Below are positions 18,906 through 28,406 of a stretch of DNA of 64,000 nucleotides, piece by piece. The translations under genes were made by a program, and so were the position numbers. The DNA lies in assembly GCA_963834905.1 (NCBI GenBank), contig CAWIDR010000037.1, forward strand, positions 93,023-157,022. The letters run 5' to 3'. Position 1 is the first letter of the stretch, and each line of letters starts with the position of its first letter. The notes below the pieces were generated by a model. It saw nothing but the letters and a program-made list of their open reading frames with translations, was not told where the DNA came from and ran no database searches. Source of the DNA: an uncultured Thermoleophilia bacterium (GTDB lineage: Bacteria > Actinomycetota > Thermoleophilia > UBA2241).

Positions 18906-20338
18906 CCGGCGGGAACCACCGCGTCCAGCCGCTCAGCGAGGCCGCCGGGCAGCGGCGCGACTTCGTGCGTCGCCAGCAGCTCGCGCGCCTTCTGGCGCGC
19001 CTTCTCGGTGGCGTCGAGCGCGCCGCCCTCTGCCCAGCGGTCGTAGCTCGCCCGGTTGAGGATCTGGGCGCGCCACTGGTTGCTGCGCAGGTTGCGGCGC
19101 GTGTGCCGCTGCCCGAGGAAGTCGCCGCCGGCGCCGACCGCCTTGATCACGTCCACGGCCAGCGTCTCGTCGGAGACCTCGAGCTCGGCGAGCAGCCGCC
19201 GGTCGCGGGCGATGAACTCGGCCACCAGCACGACCTCCGCGAGCGAGCCGGAGAGGCCGAAGTCCATGTAGCCGACGTCGTGGTTCAGGTTGGCGCCGAG
19301 CTGCATGGAGAGCTTGGTGATCTCGTCCGCCTCCATGCCCGCCTGGGCGTCCACGACCTGCGCGTCGGTGTGGCCGCTGAAGCCCCAGTTGGGGATGTCC
19401 AGCCACTTGGCCATCTCGACCTCACACGCGTACGCGCGGATGAACTCAGGAGAGTTGTACGACGACTGCGACGTACCCATGTCGAGGGTGTTGGGGCCCT
19501 GGCCGATGACGAACGGAGCGCCCGGGGCGCGAAGCTGGTGCATGACCAGCCCGAAGAGCGCCTCCGCGAGGCCGAGCGTGATCTGGCCGGCGGTGGTGAT
19601 GGGAGCGGTGCCGCCGGCCACCGGCGAGGGGCAGTAGGTGGACGGGACGCCCTTGTCGGCGCAGAAGAGCAGCTTGTCCACCGTCTCGAACGGGTGCTTG
19701 AGCGGCGTGACCGGCTGGTTGTACATGACGAAGTACGGCTTCTCGCGCAGTGCCGCCTCGCCGCCGCGGACCTCGCAGGCCATGCGCCACATGGGCTCGA
19801 CCGTCTCGACGCCGCCGGCGGTCATCACCAGCGGCTTGGTCGTGGCGGCGATCATCGCGCGGAACTGCCGCGGGTACGCCTCCTGGGCCTCCATGCCGTC
19901 CGGGTAGGCGCCCGACATGACGAAGTCGAGGTCGGGCAGCGCGTCGCAGAGGCGAGCCGCCTCGCCGACGTCTTCCAGTCTGCCGAGGCGGCGCTCCCCG
20001 GTCTCCAGATCGTGCAGGTGCATGACGTCGGAGCCGTTGCCGAAGTAGGAGCGGAGGCCGCCGAGGTCCATGGCCGGCTCGCCGGCGCGGTCGTAGACGA
20101 CGAAGCTCCTGGGCACGGACTCGCGCGCCTGCTCGACGAGGGCGGCCGGAACGTGGACGAGGCCGGCCTCGTCCCTGGTGCAGCCGCCGTCGAGCATGAC
20201 CTGCTCGCCCTCTTCGTGGAGCACGACCATGCCGATGTCGGCGAGGATGCCGAGGGCCGTCTCGTAGATGCGCTGCTTCTGCTCTTCGCGGAGGAAGCTG
20301 ACGCGGCCGGCGCCGATCTCCTTGCTGCTCTGTGCCAT
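18902..20338 (-). CDS. MttB-superfamily methyltransferase, non-pyrrolysine type (quaternary-amine/betaine methyltransferase-like)
   Basis: FLREEQKQRIYETALGILADIGM.., SPVAGGTAPIT, MAKWLDIPNWGFSGHTDAQVVDAQAG (His at the Pyl-equivalent column), GDFLGQRHT. AGGAG RBS before the ATG at 20338. Confidence 0.85.
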   Translation of the reverse strand: MAQSSKEIGAGRVSFLREEQKQRIYETALGILADIGMVVLHEEGEQVMLDGGCTRDEAGLVHVPAALVEQARESVPRSFVVYDRAGEPAMDLGGLRSYFGNGSDVMHLHDLETGERRLGRLEDVGEAARLCDALPDLDFVMSGAYPDGMEAQEAYPRQFRAMIAATTKPLVMTAGGVETVEPMWRMACEVRGGEAALREKPYFVMYNQPVTPLKHPFETVDKLLFCADKGVPSTYCPSPVAGGTAPITTAGQITLGLAEALFGLVMHQLRAPGAPFVIGQGPNTLDMGTSQSSYNSPEFIRAYACEVEMAKWLDIPNWGFSGHTDAQVVDAQAGMEADEITKLSMQLGANLNHDVGYMDFGLSGSLAEVVLVAEFIARDRRLLAELEVSDETLAVDVIKAVGAGGDFLGQRHTRRNLRSNQWRAQILNRASYDRWAEGGALDATEKARQKARELLATHEVAPLPGGLAERLDAVVPAG

Positions 20339-20419
20339 GGTCACTCCTGGACGGCGTTGCGGGCGAGGCGGCCACCACGTCGGGCAGCCGCCTCGCCGAA
20401 CACTACACCGTCTGCGGGC

Positions 20420-21890
20420 CTACTTCACGCCGAGTTCGCGTTCCGCGCCCTCGATTATCGAACGAAGTTCTGCGGCCACCTCGTCGGACAGTGGTTCCGG
20501 CTGGTGCGTCTCGAGGATGCGCCGGGCCTCGGCGAGCGAGCGGTCGTACAGCGTCGTCGCGCCGGCGGCGGTCCACTCCTCGCGGACCCGCCGGTCGATG
20601 AGCTTCGAGTTCGACTGCCCGCGCATGCCCTTGTAGGTGTCCTCGTGCGAGAGGAAGTCCTTGAACGGCCCGACCTCGTCGATGACGTCGACGGACAGCG
20701 TCGCGTCCGTCACCGGGATCCCCGGCACGCAGAACTTGACCATGCGCGCGAACTCCGCATCCATGACCAGTTGCGCGTAATCGATGGTGACGCCCGACTC
20801 CAGCATCCCCAGCCCGTAGATCAGGTTGGCCCCTGCCAACGCCGGCAGCAGGCTGGTGATCGTCTTCTCGTGACCGGATTGGGCGTCCGCCACTTTGGAG
20901 TCGCCCTACGCACCGGCCACCCAGCTGGGCAGCAGGTAGAAGCGCGCGAGGCAGGCGACGCCGGCGCCGATCATGCCGCACTCGGGGCTGCCCACCGAGG
21001 CGCTGGCGAAGCGGAGGTCCATGGCGGTGGTGGACGAGCCGTAGATGACCGGCGCGCCCCTCTGCGTGAGCTGCGCCAGCGTGATGCCGCTGAGCACCTC
21101 GGCGTTGTGGGTGACGAGCGTGCCGGCGAGCGACACGGGCGAGGAGCCGCCGGCCATCGCCATGGAGAGCACGTTGACCGGGATGCCGGCGCGGGCGCCG
21201 GTGATGATGATCTCGCAGGCGTCCTTGACCAGCTTGAGCGGGCTCACGGGGCAGGTCAGGAACGACAGGATGGGGCGGCGGCGCAATGCCTCCGCCCCGC
21301 CGGCGATCGCCGCCGCCATGTCGATCATCTTGCGGGCGCAGAAGCCCGAGAGAGGCCCGATGGTGGCGTGCTTGGTGGTGTTGCTGAAGATCGCCTCGGC
21401 GTTGTGCAGCGCCGCCGTGTCCGGCGGCACGTCGTGGGCGCCGAGCGGCCGCTCGACGACGTCGATCTCCGGCAACGCGTCGATGATCTTCGTGCAGTCG
21501 GCGACGTCCTGCTTGCGGCTCTCGTGCAGCTCGCCGGTGTACGGGTCGACGACCTGGATGCCCTCGCCGAAGTTGGTGAAGCCGACCCGGCCGTCCTCGA
21601 GCACGACGTCCCGGGCCGGGTCGCGGCCGCACATGACGACGGTGGAGGGCGCCGAGCGGACCGCGTCCTCGACGAGGTGCGCCGGCAGGCGCACCACGTT
21701 CGTGGCCGCGGTCGACGTCGGCGCCCGCCGCCGCGAAGATCTGCCGGGCTTCGTCGTCCTCGACGAAGACGCCCGTGCGCGACAGCACTTCGAGCGTCGC
21801 GCCGTGGATCTCGCGCAGCTCGTCGTCGGTGAACACCTCGAGCCTGAAGCCGCCGCTCTTGCGCGCTCCCGCGCGCGGGTTTCTGATCAT
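20420..21890 (-). CDS. mttB: Trimethylamine:corrinoid methyltransferase MttB with an in-frame TAG (20906-20908) at the pyrrolysine position; one frameshift ~21711
   Basis: ORFs 20906..21697 and 20420..20893 share one frame and are separated only by TAG: ..[43 protein letters not shown].. Also GIPVNVLSMAMAGGSSPVSLAGTLVTHNAEVLSGITLAQLT. The N-terminus LEVFTDDELREIHGATLEVL lies in a third frame. Confidence 0.85.
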
Positions 21891-21891
21891 G

Positions 21892-23286
21892 TCAGCCTCC
21901 CGCCGTGCGTTCCTTGAACTTCTCGACGCTGTTGATGGGCACGTCGAGCACCCGGGCGATGTTGAACTTCGCCTCGATCTGGTTGGCCTGCCCCGGCTGG
22001 CTGATCGCGTAGCTGTGGACGCGGCCGAAGCCGAACTCGTTGCGGACGTCGGTCATGGCGACCGGGTCCGAGAGGTCGAACGGTGTCACGCCGAGCTTGT
22101 CGGCGACGTACTGCTTGGCTTCCTTGAGGCGCATGCCCCGAGTCATCTGCATACGGGCAACCAGGTCTCCGCCTGCCCGAATACCGCCGATGCTCGCGGC
22201 TTGCGCGTGGGCGTTGTGCATCCCATGGGGATCGCCCGAACCCACCTACAACCCGTCCACGTGCAGCAGCTCGACGAAGGACTTGGCCGCCCGGCAGACC
22301 GCGTCGGAGGGCAGGTGGACGAACATCGGCACGCCGCCGACGCCCATGCCGGCGTTGGGGTGCACCGGGATCTCGGCGACCTCCATGCACGGCTTGATCA
22401 GGGCGATGGCGCGCGCCATGTTCCAGGCGAGCGACTTGCCGGTGTTGATGTTGACGACGGGGCCGAACATCGTGGCGCCGGCCTTCTGCGCGAGCAGGAG
22501 CTGCTCGCGCGGCCAGAGGCCGGCCAGCCGCACGCCGTCCCACTCGAGCTGGCCGTGCATGCCGAGCACGAACTCGCCGGCCATGCCCAGCTGCACGCCC
22601 ATGTCGGGGTACTTCTCGCGGATGATCTTCGTGGCGCGCAGCGCCGCGAGGAACTCGGGATCGCCGGAGGCGCCGGTCGTGTCCCAGTCGATCGCGTCCG
22701 CCCCGGCCTCCCACTGCGAGTCGGCCAGCTTGACCATGTCCTGGACGGCCATCTCGACCGCCTCTTCGGCGGCGGCGCGCGCCTCCGGGATCTTGCCCAG
22801 CGGCAGCAGCTCGTTCCAGTTCTCGCACGGGCCGTCCGGCTTGGAGTAGAGGCCCAGGTTGGGCATGACGCCGTACTGCAGCGGGGCGATGGTGCACAGC
22901 TGCGCGTCGTGCATGTACTGGGCCTCGTACGCCAGGATCGTGCGCACGACCTTGAGGGAGTAGTCGCCGACGCAGAGCTCCAGGAGGTCGGCGCCCATCC
23001 ACTGCTCGTAGGACTGGAGGTCCTGGATGCGCGTCGCGTGGGTCTTCATGCCGGTGCCGTCGCAGCTGAGGACGATCTCCTCGCCCACGTCGACCCCGAT
23101 GAAGCGCAGCGGCGAAGCGTAGATCTCGAGCAGGTGGTCGATCTCGTCGTCGGTGAGCAGCGGCACCTTGGCGCGCTTGGCCGCCATCTCGGACCCTGCG
23201 ATGAGATCAGCCCGGATCTCGCTGCGCGTCATCTGCGTGAAGGTGCCGTCGCCCATGCGGGTCGGCACCCTGGCTTCGTGCGTCAT
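21892..23286 (-). CDS. mtbB: Dimethylamine:corrinoid methyltransferase MtbB with an in-frame TAG (22246-22248) at the pyrrolysine position
   Basis: ORFs 22246..23370 and 21892..22245 share one frame and are separated only by TAG: ..AKSFVELLHVDGL-TAG-VGSGDPHGMHNAH..IRAGGDLVARMQMTRGMRLKEAKQYVADKLGV.. Also PDGPCENW, GMAGEFVLGMHGQLEWDGVRLAGLWP, GMGVGGVP. Start at MTHEARVPTRMGDG with a GGGGGAGGAAA RBS. About 464 codons. Confidence 0.88.
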
Positions 23287-23333
23287 ACGTTTCCTCCCCC
23301 TGAGAAAAGGCCGCGACCCGCGCTTCGCGGCCG

Positions 23334-23357
23334 CACTAATCAACCGGTCAATTAGCG
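23334..23357. promoter_or_regulatory. Same operator motif upstream of mtbB (site A): reverse strand reads CGCTAATTGACCGGTTGATTAGTG
   Basis: 20 of 22 positions are identical to site B. On the mtbB strand a TTGACA lies ~31 nt upstream, the same spacing as at site B. Confidence 0.55.
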
Positions 23358-23474
23358 TGATACAGTCCACCCCAGCGGACCGGTGATGTCAAGACGGGCC
23401 GCCGATGGTCCGGACAGGTATCATCGCGGCGCCGCGGCGTGACGCGGAGTGACGAAGACGGAAGAAGGCGGGCG

Positions 23475-24926
23475 ATGCGAGCGCACACGACATGGCTGAG
23501 CGAGGCGGAGAAGAGCAGGATCGTCGACGAGGCGGTGGAACTGCTCGGCCGCGTCGGCATGCGGTTCGCGGGCTCCAGGGTCCTGCCGCTGCTGGCCGAG
23601 CGCGGCGCAGCCGTGGACGAGGCCACCGGCATCGTCAAGCTTCCGCGCGAGCTCGTGGAGTGGGCGGCCGGCCAGTGCCCCCGCCGCGTCCTGATGGCCG
23701 GCCTCACCGAGGCCGACGACGTCCTGCTTGATGAGGGCGAGCCCTTCCACTTCGTGCCCAGCGGCTGCGTCGCCAAGACGCTGGACTTCCGCACCGGCGA
23801 GCGCCGCGCCAGCACGCTCCAGGACCTGCGCGAGTGCACGGCGCTCATGGACGAACTGCCGCAGCTCGACATCATGTGGACCCAGGTGAGCGCGTCGGAC
23901 GTGTCGCTCGAGCAGCGTGAGCTCGAGGAGTACTTCACGATGCTCACCGAGACGCGCAAGCACGTCACCTTCGTCGACTGCCCCGGCGAGGTCGACGCTG
24001 TGCTCCGCATCTGCGAGACGCTCTCCGGCGACCTCGACCGCTTCCGCGCGCGCCCGCGCATCTCGACCGTGGTGACCGCCGCGTCGCCCCTCCAGGTCGA
24101 CGGCGGCGCCCTCGACATCCATGTCGCCCTGGCCAAGCACGGCGTGCCCATCGAGGTGTACTCGATGACCATCGCCGGGGCCACGTCGCCGGTCACGCTC
24201 ACCGGGACCGTCACCCAGGGCCTGGCCGAGTTTCTCGGCATCGCCACCGCCCTGCAGGTCGCGGCTCCGGGCGCCCGCCCCATCTTCTGCTTCGGCTCCG
24301 GCGTGCTCGACATGCTTCGCACCACCTTCGCGCTCGGCTCGCTCGAGAGCGGGCTGATGGGCGCCATGGCCTCCGAGGTCGGCCACTACCTCGGCGTGCC
24401 GACGCTCAACCCCGGGTTCTCGACCGACGCCAAGGACGCGGGCGTGCAGGCGGGCTACGAGAAGGCGATGAAGGCGGCCACCGTCTGCGGCGCCGTCCCC
24501 GACATGATCTCGGGCTGGGGGCTCATCGACTCGCACAACACGATGTCGCTGCCGCAGTCGGTCATCGACAACGAGATGGCGGCGATGCTGCGCCGCCTTC
24601 ACCAGCCGGTCGAGGTCTCGGACGCGACGCTCGCCGGCGACTCCATCGCCGCGGTCGGCCCCGGCGGCAGCTTCCTCGGCCAGAAGGACACCGCACGGCG
24701 CATCCGCGCCGGCGAGCACTACATGCCCACGCTCTCCAACCGCCTCTCCTACGAGAAGTGGCTGGAGGAGGGCACGACCACGAACGACGTGGCCAACGAG
24801 CAGGTCGACGCGCTCCTCGCGGCGCACGCCGGCAAGGCCCCGTACATCGACGGCGCGCAGCTGGACGAGCTCGCCGCGATCTGCCACGTCGGCGACGAGT
24901 CGATGCGCCGCGCCCGCCGCGAGTAG
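23475..24926 (+). CDS. MttB-superfamily methyltransferase, non-pyrrolysine type
   Basis: WLSEAEKSRIVDEAVELLGRVGM, MTIAGATSPVT, VPTLNPGFSTDAKDAGVQAGYEK, GSFLGQKDT. Divergent from mtbB. Confidence 0.85.
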   Translation: MRAHTTWLSEAEKSRIVDEAVELLGRVGMRFAGSRVLPLLAERGAAVDEATGIVKLPRELVEWAAGQCPRRVLMAGLTEADDVLLDEGEPFHFVPSGCVAKTLDFRTGERRASTLQDLRECTALMDELPQLDIMWTQVSASDVSLEQRELEEYFTMLTETRKHVTFVDCPGEVDAVLRICETLSGDLDRFRARPRISTVVTAASPLQVDGGALDIHVALAKHGVPIEVYSMTIAGATSPVTLTGTVTQGLAEFLGIATALQVAAPGARPIFCFGSGVLDMLRTTFALGSLESGLMGAMASEVGHYLGVPTLNPGFSTDAKDAGVQAGYEKAMKAATVCGAVPDMISGWGLIDSHNTMSLPQSVIDNEMAAMLRRLHQPVEVSDATLAGDSIAAVGPGGSFLGQKDTARRIRAGEHYMPTLSNRLSYEKWLEEGTTTNDVANEQVDALLAAHAGKAPYIDGAQLDELAAICHVGDESMRRARRE

Positions 24927-24971
24927 CGGCGCGGCGCTCCCCCCAGACGAAGCACCCGGATCGGAGGACCA

Positions 24972-25893
24972 ATGACGCTCAAGATCGGCTACATCGGGCT
25001 CGGCGCCCTCGGCAGGCACCTCGCCGGCAGCCTGCTGAACGCGGGCTTCCCGCTCACCGTGTACGACGTGGACGCGAGCTGCTCCGTCGAGCTCGGCAAG
25101 GCGGGCGCCACCTGCGCCGGAGTCGATCGCGGAGACCGCCCGCGCCTCCGACACGATCATCACGTGCCTGCCGTCGCCCGAGGCCGTCGCCTCCGTGGTC
25201 GCCGAGGAGGGCGGCGTCCTCGAGGCGCTCGCCCCCGGCGGCACCTGGATCGACATGAGCACCAACGACGCCCACGAGCTGCAGCGCCTCTCTCGGCTTG
25301 CCGCGGCCAGAGGCATCGAGACGCTCGAGGCGCCGGTCACCGGCGGCGTGCACCGCGCCGAGGCCGGCATGATCACCGTCCTCGTCGGCGGCAAGCCCGA
25401 GGTCTACGAGAAGCACCGCCCGGCCTTCGACGCCATGGGCGGGCGGGTGTTCTACATCGGCGAGCTCGGCCAGGCCTCGGTGATCAAGGTGATCACCAAC
25501 ATGCTGGCCTTCATCCACCTCGTCGCCGACGGCGAGGCGCTCATGCTCGCCAAGAAGGGCGGGGTCGACCTCAAGCTGGCCTGGGACGTGATCAAGGCGA
25601 GCTCCGGCAACAGCTTCGTGCACGAGACCGAGGGCCAGCTGATCCTGAACGGCAGCTACAACATCAACTTCACCATGGACCTGGCCCGCAAGGACCTCTA
25701 CTTCGCCCACCAGATGGGCCGCGAGTTCGGCGTGCCGCTCGAGCTGGCCGGCCTGACCGAGCAGATCTTCGCGCGCGCCCGGGCCATGTACGGCGGCGGC
25801 GCGCAGTCGCCGATGGTCGTGAAGATGCTCGAGGACGTCGTGGGCACCGACCTGCGCGCTCCCGGCTTCCCGGCCGAGCTCGAACCCGAGTGA
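24972..25893 (+). CDS. NAD(P)-dependent 3-hydroxyisobutyrate/6-phosphogluconate dehydrogenase-family oxidoreductase (frameshift ~25112)
   Basis: IGYIGLGALGRHLAGSL, then (+1 frame) SIAETARASDTIITCLPSPEAV.., GELGQASVIKVITNML, MDLARKDL. Confidence 0.75.
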
Positions 25894-26051
25894 ACGCCGA
25901 AGGCAGATTCACCGTGCGGGCGCAACGAAGTGAGCGCCCGACAGTGACCGACGCAGGAGAGTCTTCGCTCCGGTGCCCTGCACCGTGATCGCCGCAGGAA
26001 GATCGCGACACGAATAGAGAGAAATGTTGTCTTCCCGCCATCCGGCGGCAC

Positions 26052-26097
26052 GATGTTCTCCGGGCGGCTTGACTTGACGAACATCCGGTCGAATACT
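26052..26097 (+). promoter_or_regulatory. Promoter-like TTGACT-N17-AATACT bracketed by the inverted repeat GATGTTC...GAACATC, upstream of the SDR/kinase/oxidase/Etf operon
   Basis: GATGTTC 26052-26058, TTGACT 26069-26074, GAACATC 26079-26085, AATACT 26092-26097. Confidence 0.5.
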
Positions 26098-26139
26098 CCG
26101 GGCCCGAGAGCCCGCGGACCGGCACCAAAGGAGAGGCCC

Positions 26140-26920
26140 GTGACCGACATCAGCGACTTCACGATGGACTACTTCTCCCTCAAGGGGAAGAAACGCCATC
26201 GTCACCGGCGGCAACACGGGTCTCGGGCAGGCTTTCACGCTGGCGCTCGCGACGGCCGGCGCCAGCGTCTTCGTGCCCAGCATCGTCGAGGACGACGGCG
26301 CCACCGGCCCGCTCGTCGAGGAGCGCGGCGGCCGCTACGAGTTCATGAAGGCGGACATCACCAAGCCGGGCGCGCCGGCCGAGATCGTCGCCGCCTGCGT
26401 CGACCGCCTCGGCTCGCTCGACATCCTCGTGAACAGCGCCGGCATCTGCCCGCTGGCCGGCGTGCTCGACTTCGGCCGCGAGCAGTGGGACGCCACCGTG
26501 GCCGTGAACCTCACGGCCGCCTTCGAGATGGCCTACGAGGCCGCCAAGGTCATGATCCCGCAGCGCTCCGGCAAGATCATCAACATCTGCTCGCTGTTCT
26601 CGTTCCTCGGCGGCCGCTGGTCGTCCGCCTATGCGGCCACCAAGCACGGCCTCGCCGGGTTCACCAAGGCGTACTGTGACGAACTCGCCGAGTACGACAT
26701 CCAGGTCAACGGCATCGCCCCGGGCTACTACGCCACCGAGATCACGACGGCGACCCGCAGCGACCCGGTGACCAACCAGCGCGTTCTGGACCACATCCCG
26801 GCCGCGCGCTGGGGCGACCCGGCCGACCTCATGGGCGCCACCGTCTTCCTCGCCGGCCGCGCCTCGGACTACGTCAGCGGCCACGTGCTGGTGGTCGACG
26901 GCGGCTACCTCGTCCGCTAG
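26140..26920 (+). CDS. Short-chain dehydrogenase/reductase, KduD/YgcW-like (extra A in an AAA run ~26188 shifts the frame)
   Basis: FSLKGK|(N)AIVTGGNTGLGQA, NSAGI, SSAYAATKHGLAG (YxxxK), GYLVR*. GGAGAGG RBS before the GTG at 26140. Confidence 0.8.
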
Positions 26921-26938
26921 GGCGGGAGGAACAGAGCG

Positions 26939-28369
26939 ATGGCTGGCAAGTACCTGATCGGCATCGACAACGGCACCCAGAGCGCCAAGGTCGTCATCTT
27001 CGACCTCAAGGGAGACGTCGTCTGCGAGGGCAAGCGCACGCTGCTCCCCATGGAGCACCCCAGGCCCGGGTACGCGGTGCATCCCAACGACGACCTCTGG
27101 GAGTCGATCGTCGCGGCGAGCCGCGAGGCGATGACGCAGTTCCCCGGCGACCCGGCGGACATCCTCGGCGTCGGCCTGTGCACCATCCGCTGCTGCAAGG
27201 CCTTCCTCAAGGCCGACGGCACGCTGCTCGAGCCCGTCATGAGCTGGATGGACACGCGCGCCTACCAACCCTGGATCCCCGACGACCCCGAGCTCGCCTG
27301 GGCGACGACCTCGTCCGGCTACATGACCCACCGGTTCACCGGGCAGTTCCGCGACAGCGCCGCCAACAACATCATCCTGCAGTGGCCCATCGACACCGAC
27401 ACGTGGCAGTGGGACCCGGCGCTGTTCTCGCAGTTCAACCTGCGCCCGGAGCTGCTCGTGGAGCTGCAGATGCCGGGCGACATCGCCGGCTATGTGACCG
27501 CCGACGCGGCCGCGGCGACCGGCATCCCGGAGGGTCTGCCGGTCGTGACCACGGCGAACGACAAGGCGGTCGAGGCGCTCGGCTCCGGCTCGCTCGACGA
27601 GCGCACCGCGCTCGTCTCGCTGGGCACGTACATCGCCTCCATGGTGCACGGGCACGAGAACTGCAAGGCCCCTGCGGACTTCTGGACCAACTTCGCCTGC
27701 GTCCCGAACACGTACCTCTACGAGAGCGGCGGCGTGCGCCGCGGGATGTGGACGCTCACCTGGTTCCTCGACCTGCTGGGGCCGGAACTCGCCGCGTCCG
27801 CGGCGGCGCAGGAGGTCTCACGCGAGGAGTACCTCGAGCGCGAGGCCGTGGAAGTCCCCGCCGGGAGCTGCGGCCTCATGACGGTGCTGGACTGGCTCGC
27901 CCCCACCGACAAGCCCTTCCGCAAGGGCGAGATCATCGGCTTCGACGTGCGCCACACCAGGGGCCACGTCTACCGCTCGATCCTCGAGGCGATCGCGCTG
28001 ACCATGAAGCAGAATGCGGACGCGATGTGCGCCGAGCTCGGCATCGACCTGCGCGAGATCGTCATCTCCGGCGGCGGCGCCAACAGCCCGCTCTTCATGC
28101 AGATCTTCGCCGACGTGTTCGGCATCCCCGCGTCGCGCAACGACGGGAGGCGCGGCGCCAGTCTGGGGTCAGCCATCTGCGCCGCCGTGGCCACCGGCGC
28201 GTATCCCGACTTCGCGACCGCCGCGGCGGCGATGAAGCGTGACCGCGAGTCGTTCGCTCCCGACGCCGCGAATCACGACGTCTACCGGCTCATGAACGTC
28301 AACGTCTATCGCACCATCCGCGACGCCACCGACCCCATCCTCGAGCAGTCGTTCTCCATCTTCCAATGA
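26939..28369 (+). CDS. FGGY-family carbohydrate kinase
   Basis: YLIGIDNGTQSAKVVIFD N-terminal actin-fold motif; ISGGGANSPLFMQIFADVFG C-terminal motif. Confidence 0.85.
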   Translation: MAGKYLIGIDNGTQSAKVVIFDLKGDVVCEGKRTLLPMEHPRPGYAVHPNDDLWESIVAASREAMTQFPGDPADILGVGLCTIRCCKAFLKADGTLLEPVMSWMDTRAYQPWIPDDPELAWATTSSGYMTHRFTGQFRDSAANNIILQWPIDTDTWQWDPALFSQFNLRPELLVELQMPGDIAGYVTADAAAATGIPEGLPVVTTANDKAVEALGSGSLDERTALVSLGTYIASMVHGHENCKAPADFWTNFACVPNTYLYESGGVRRGMWTLTWFLDLLGPELAASAAAQEVSREEYLEREAVEVPAGSCGLMTVLDWLAPTDKPFRKGEIIGFDVRHTRGHVYRSILEAIALTMKQNADAMCAELGIDLREIVISGGGANSPLFMQIFADVFGIPASRNDGRRGASLGSAICAAVATGAYPDFATAAAAMKRDRESFAPDAANHDVYRLMNVNVYRTIRDATDPILEQSFSIFQ

Positions 28370-28406
28370 CGACGAGACCGCCCATCGATACGCAAAGGAA
28401 CGCGAC

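Noticed and set aside
20906-20908. Interpreting the TAG codons in mttB (20906-20908) and mtbB (22246-22248) as ordinary nonsense mutations or assembly errors.
   Set aside because: The errors elsewhere in this window are indels, not substitutions. Both TAGs fall at the one position where each family is known to encode pyrrolysine, and both downstream halves remain intact and in frame. A relic or pseudogene reading is still the fallback if no pyl genes exist in the genome.
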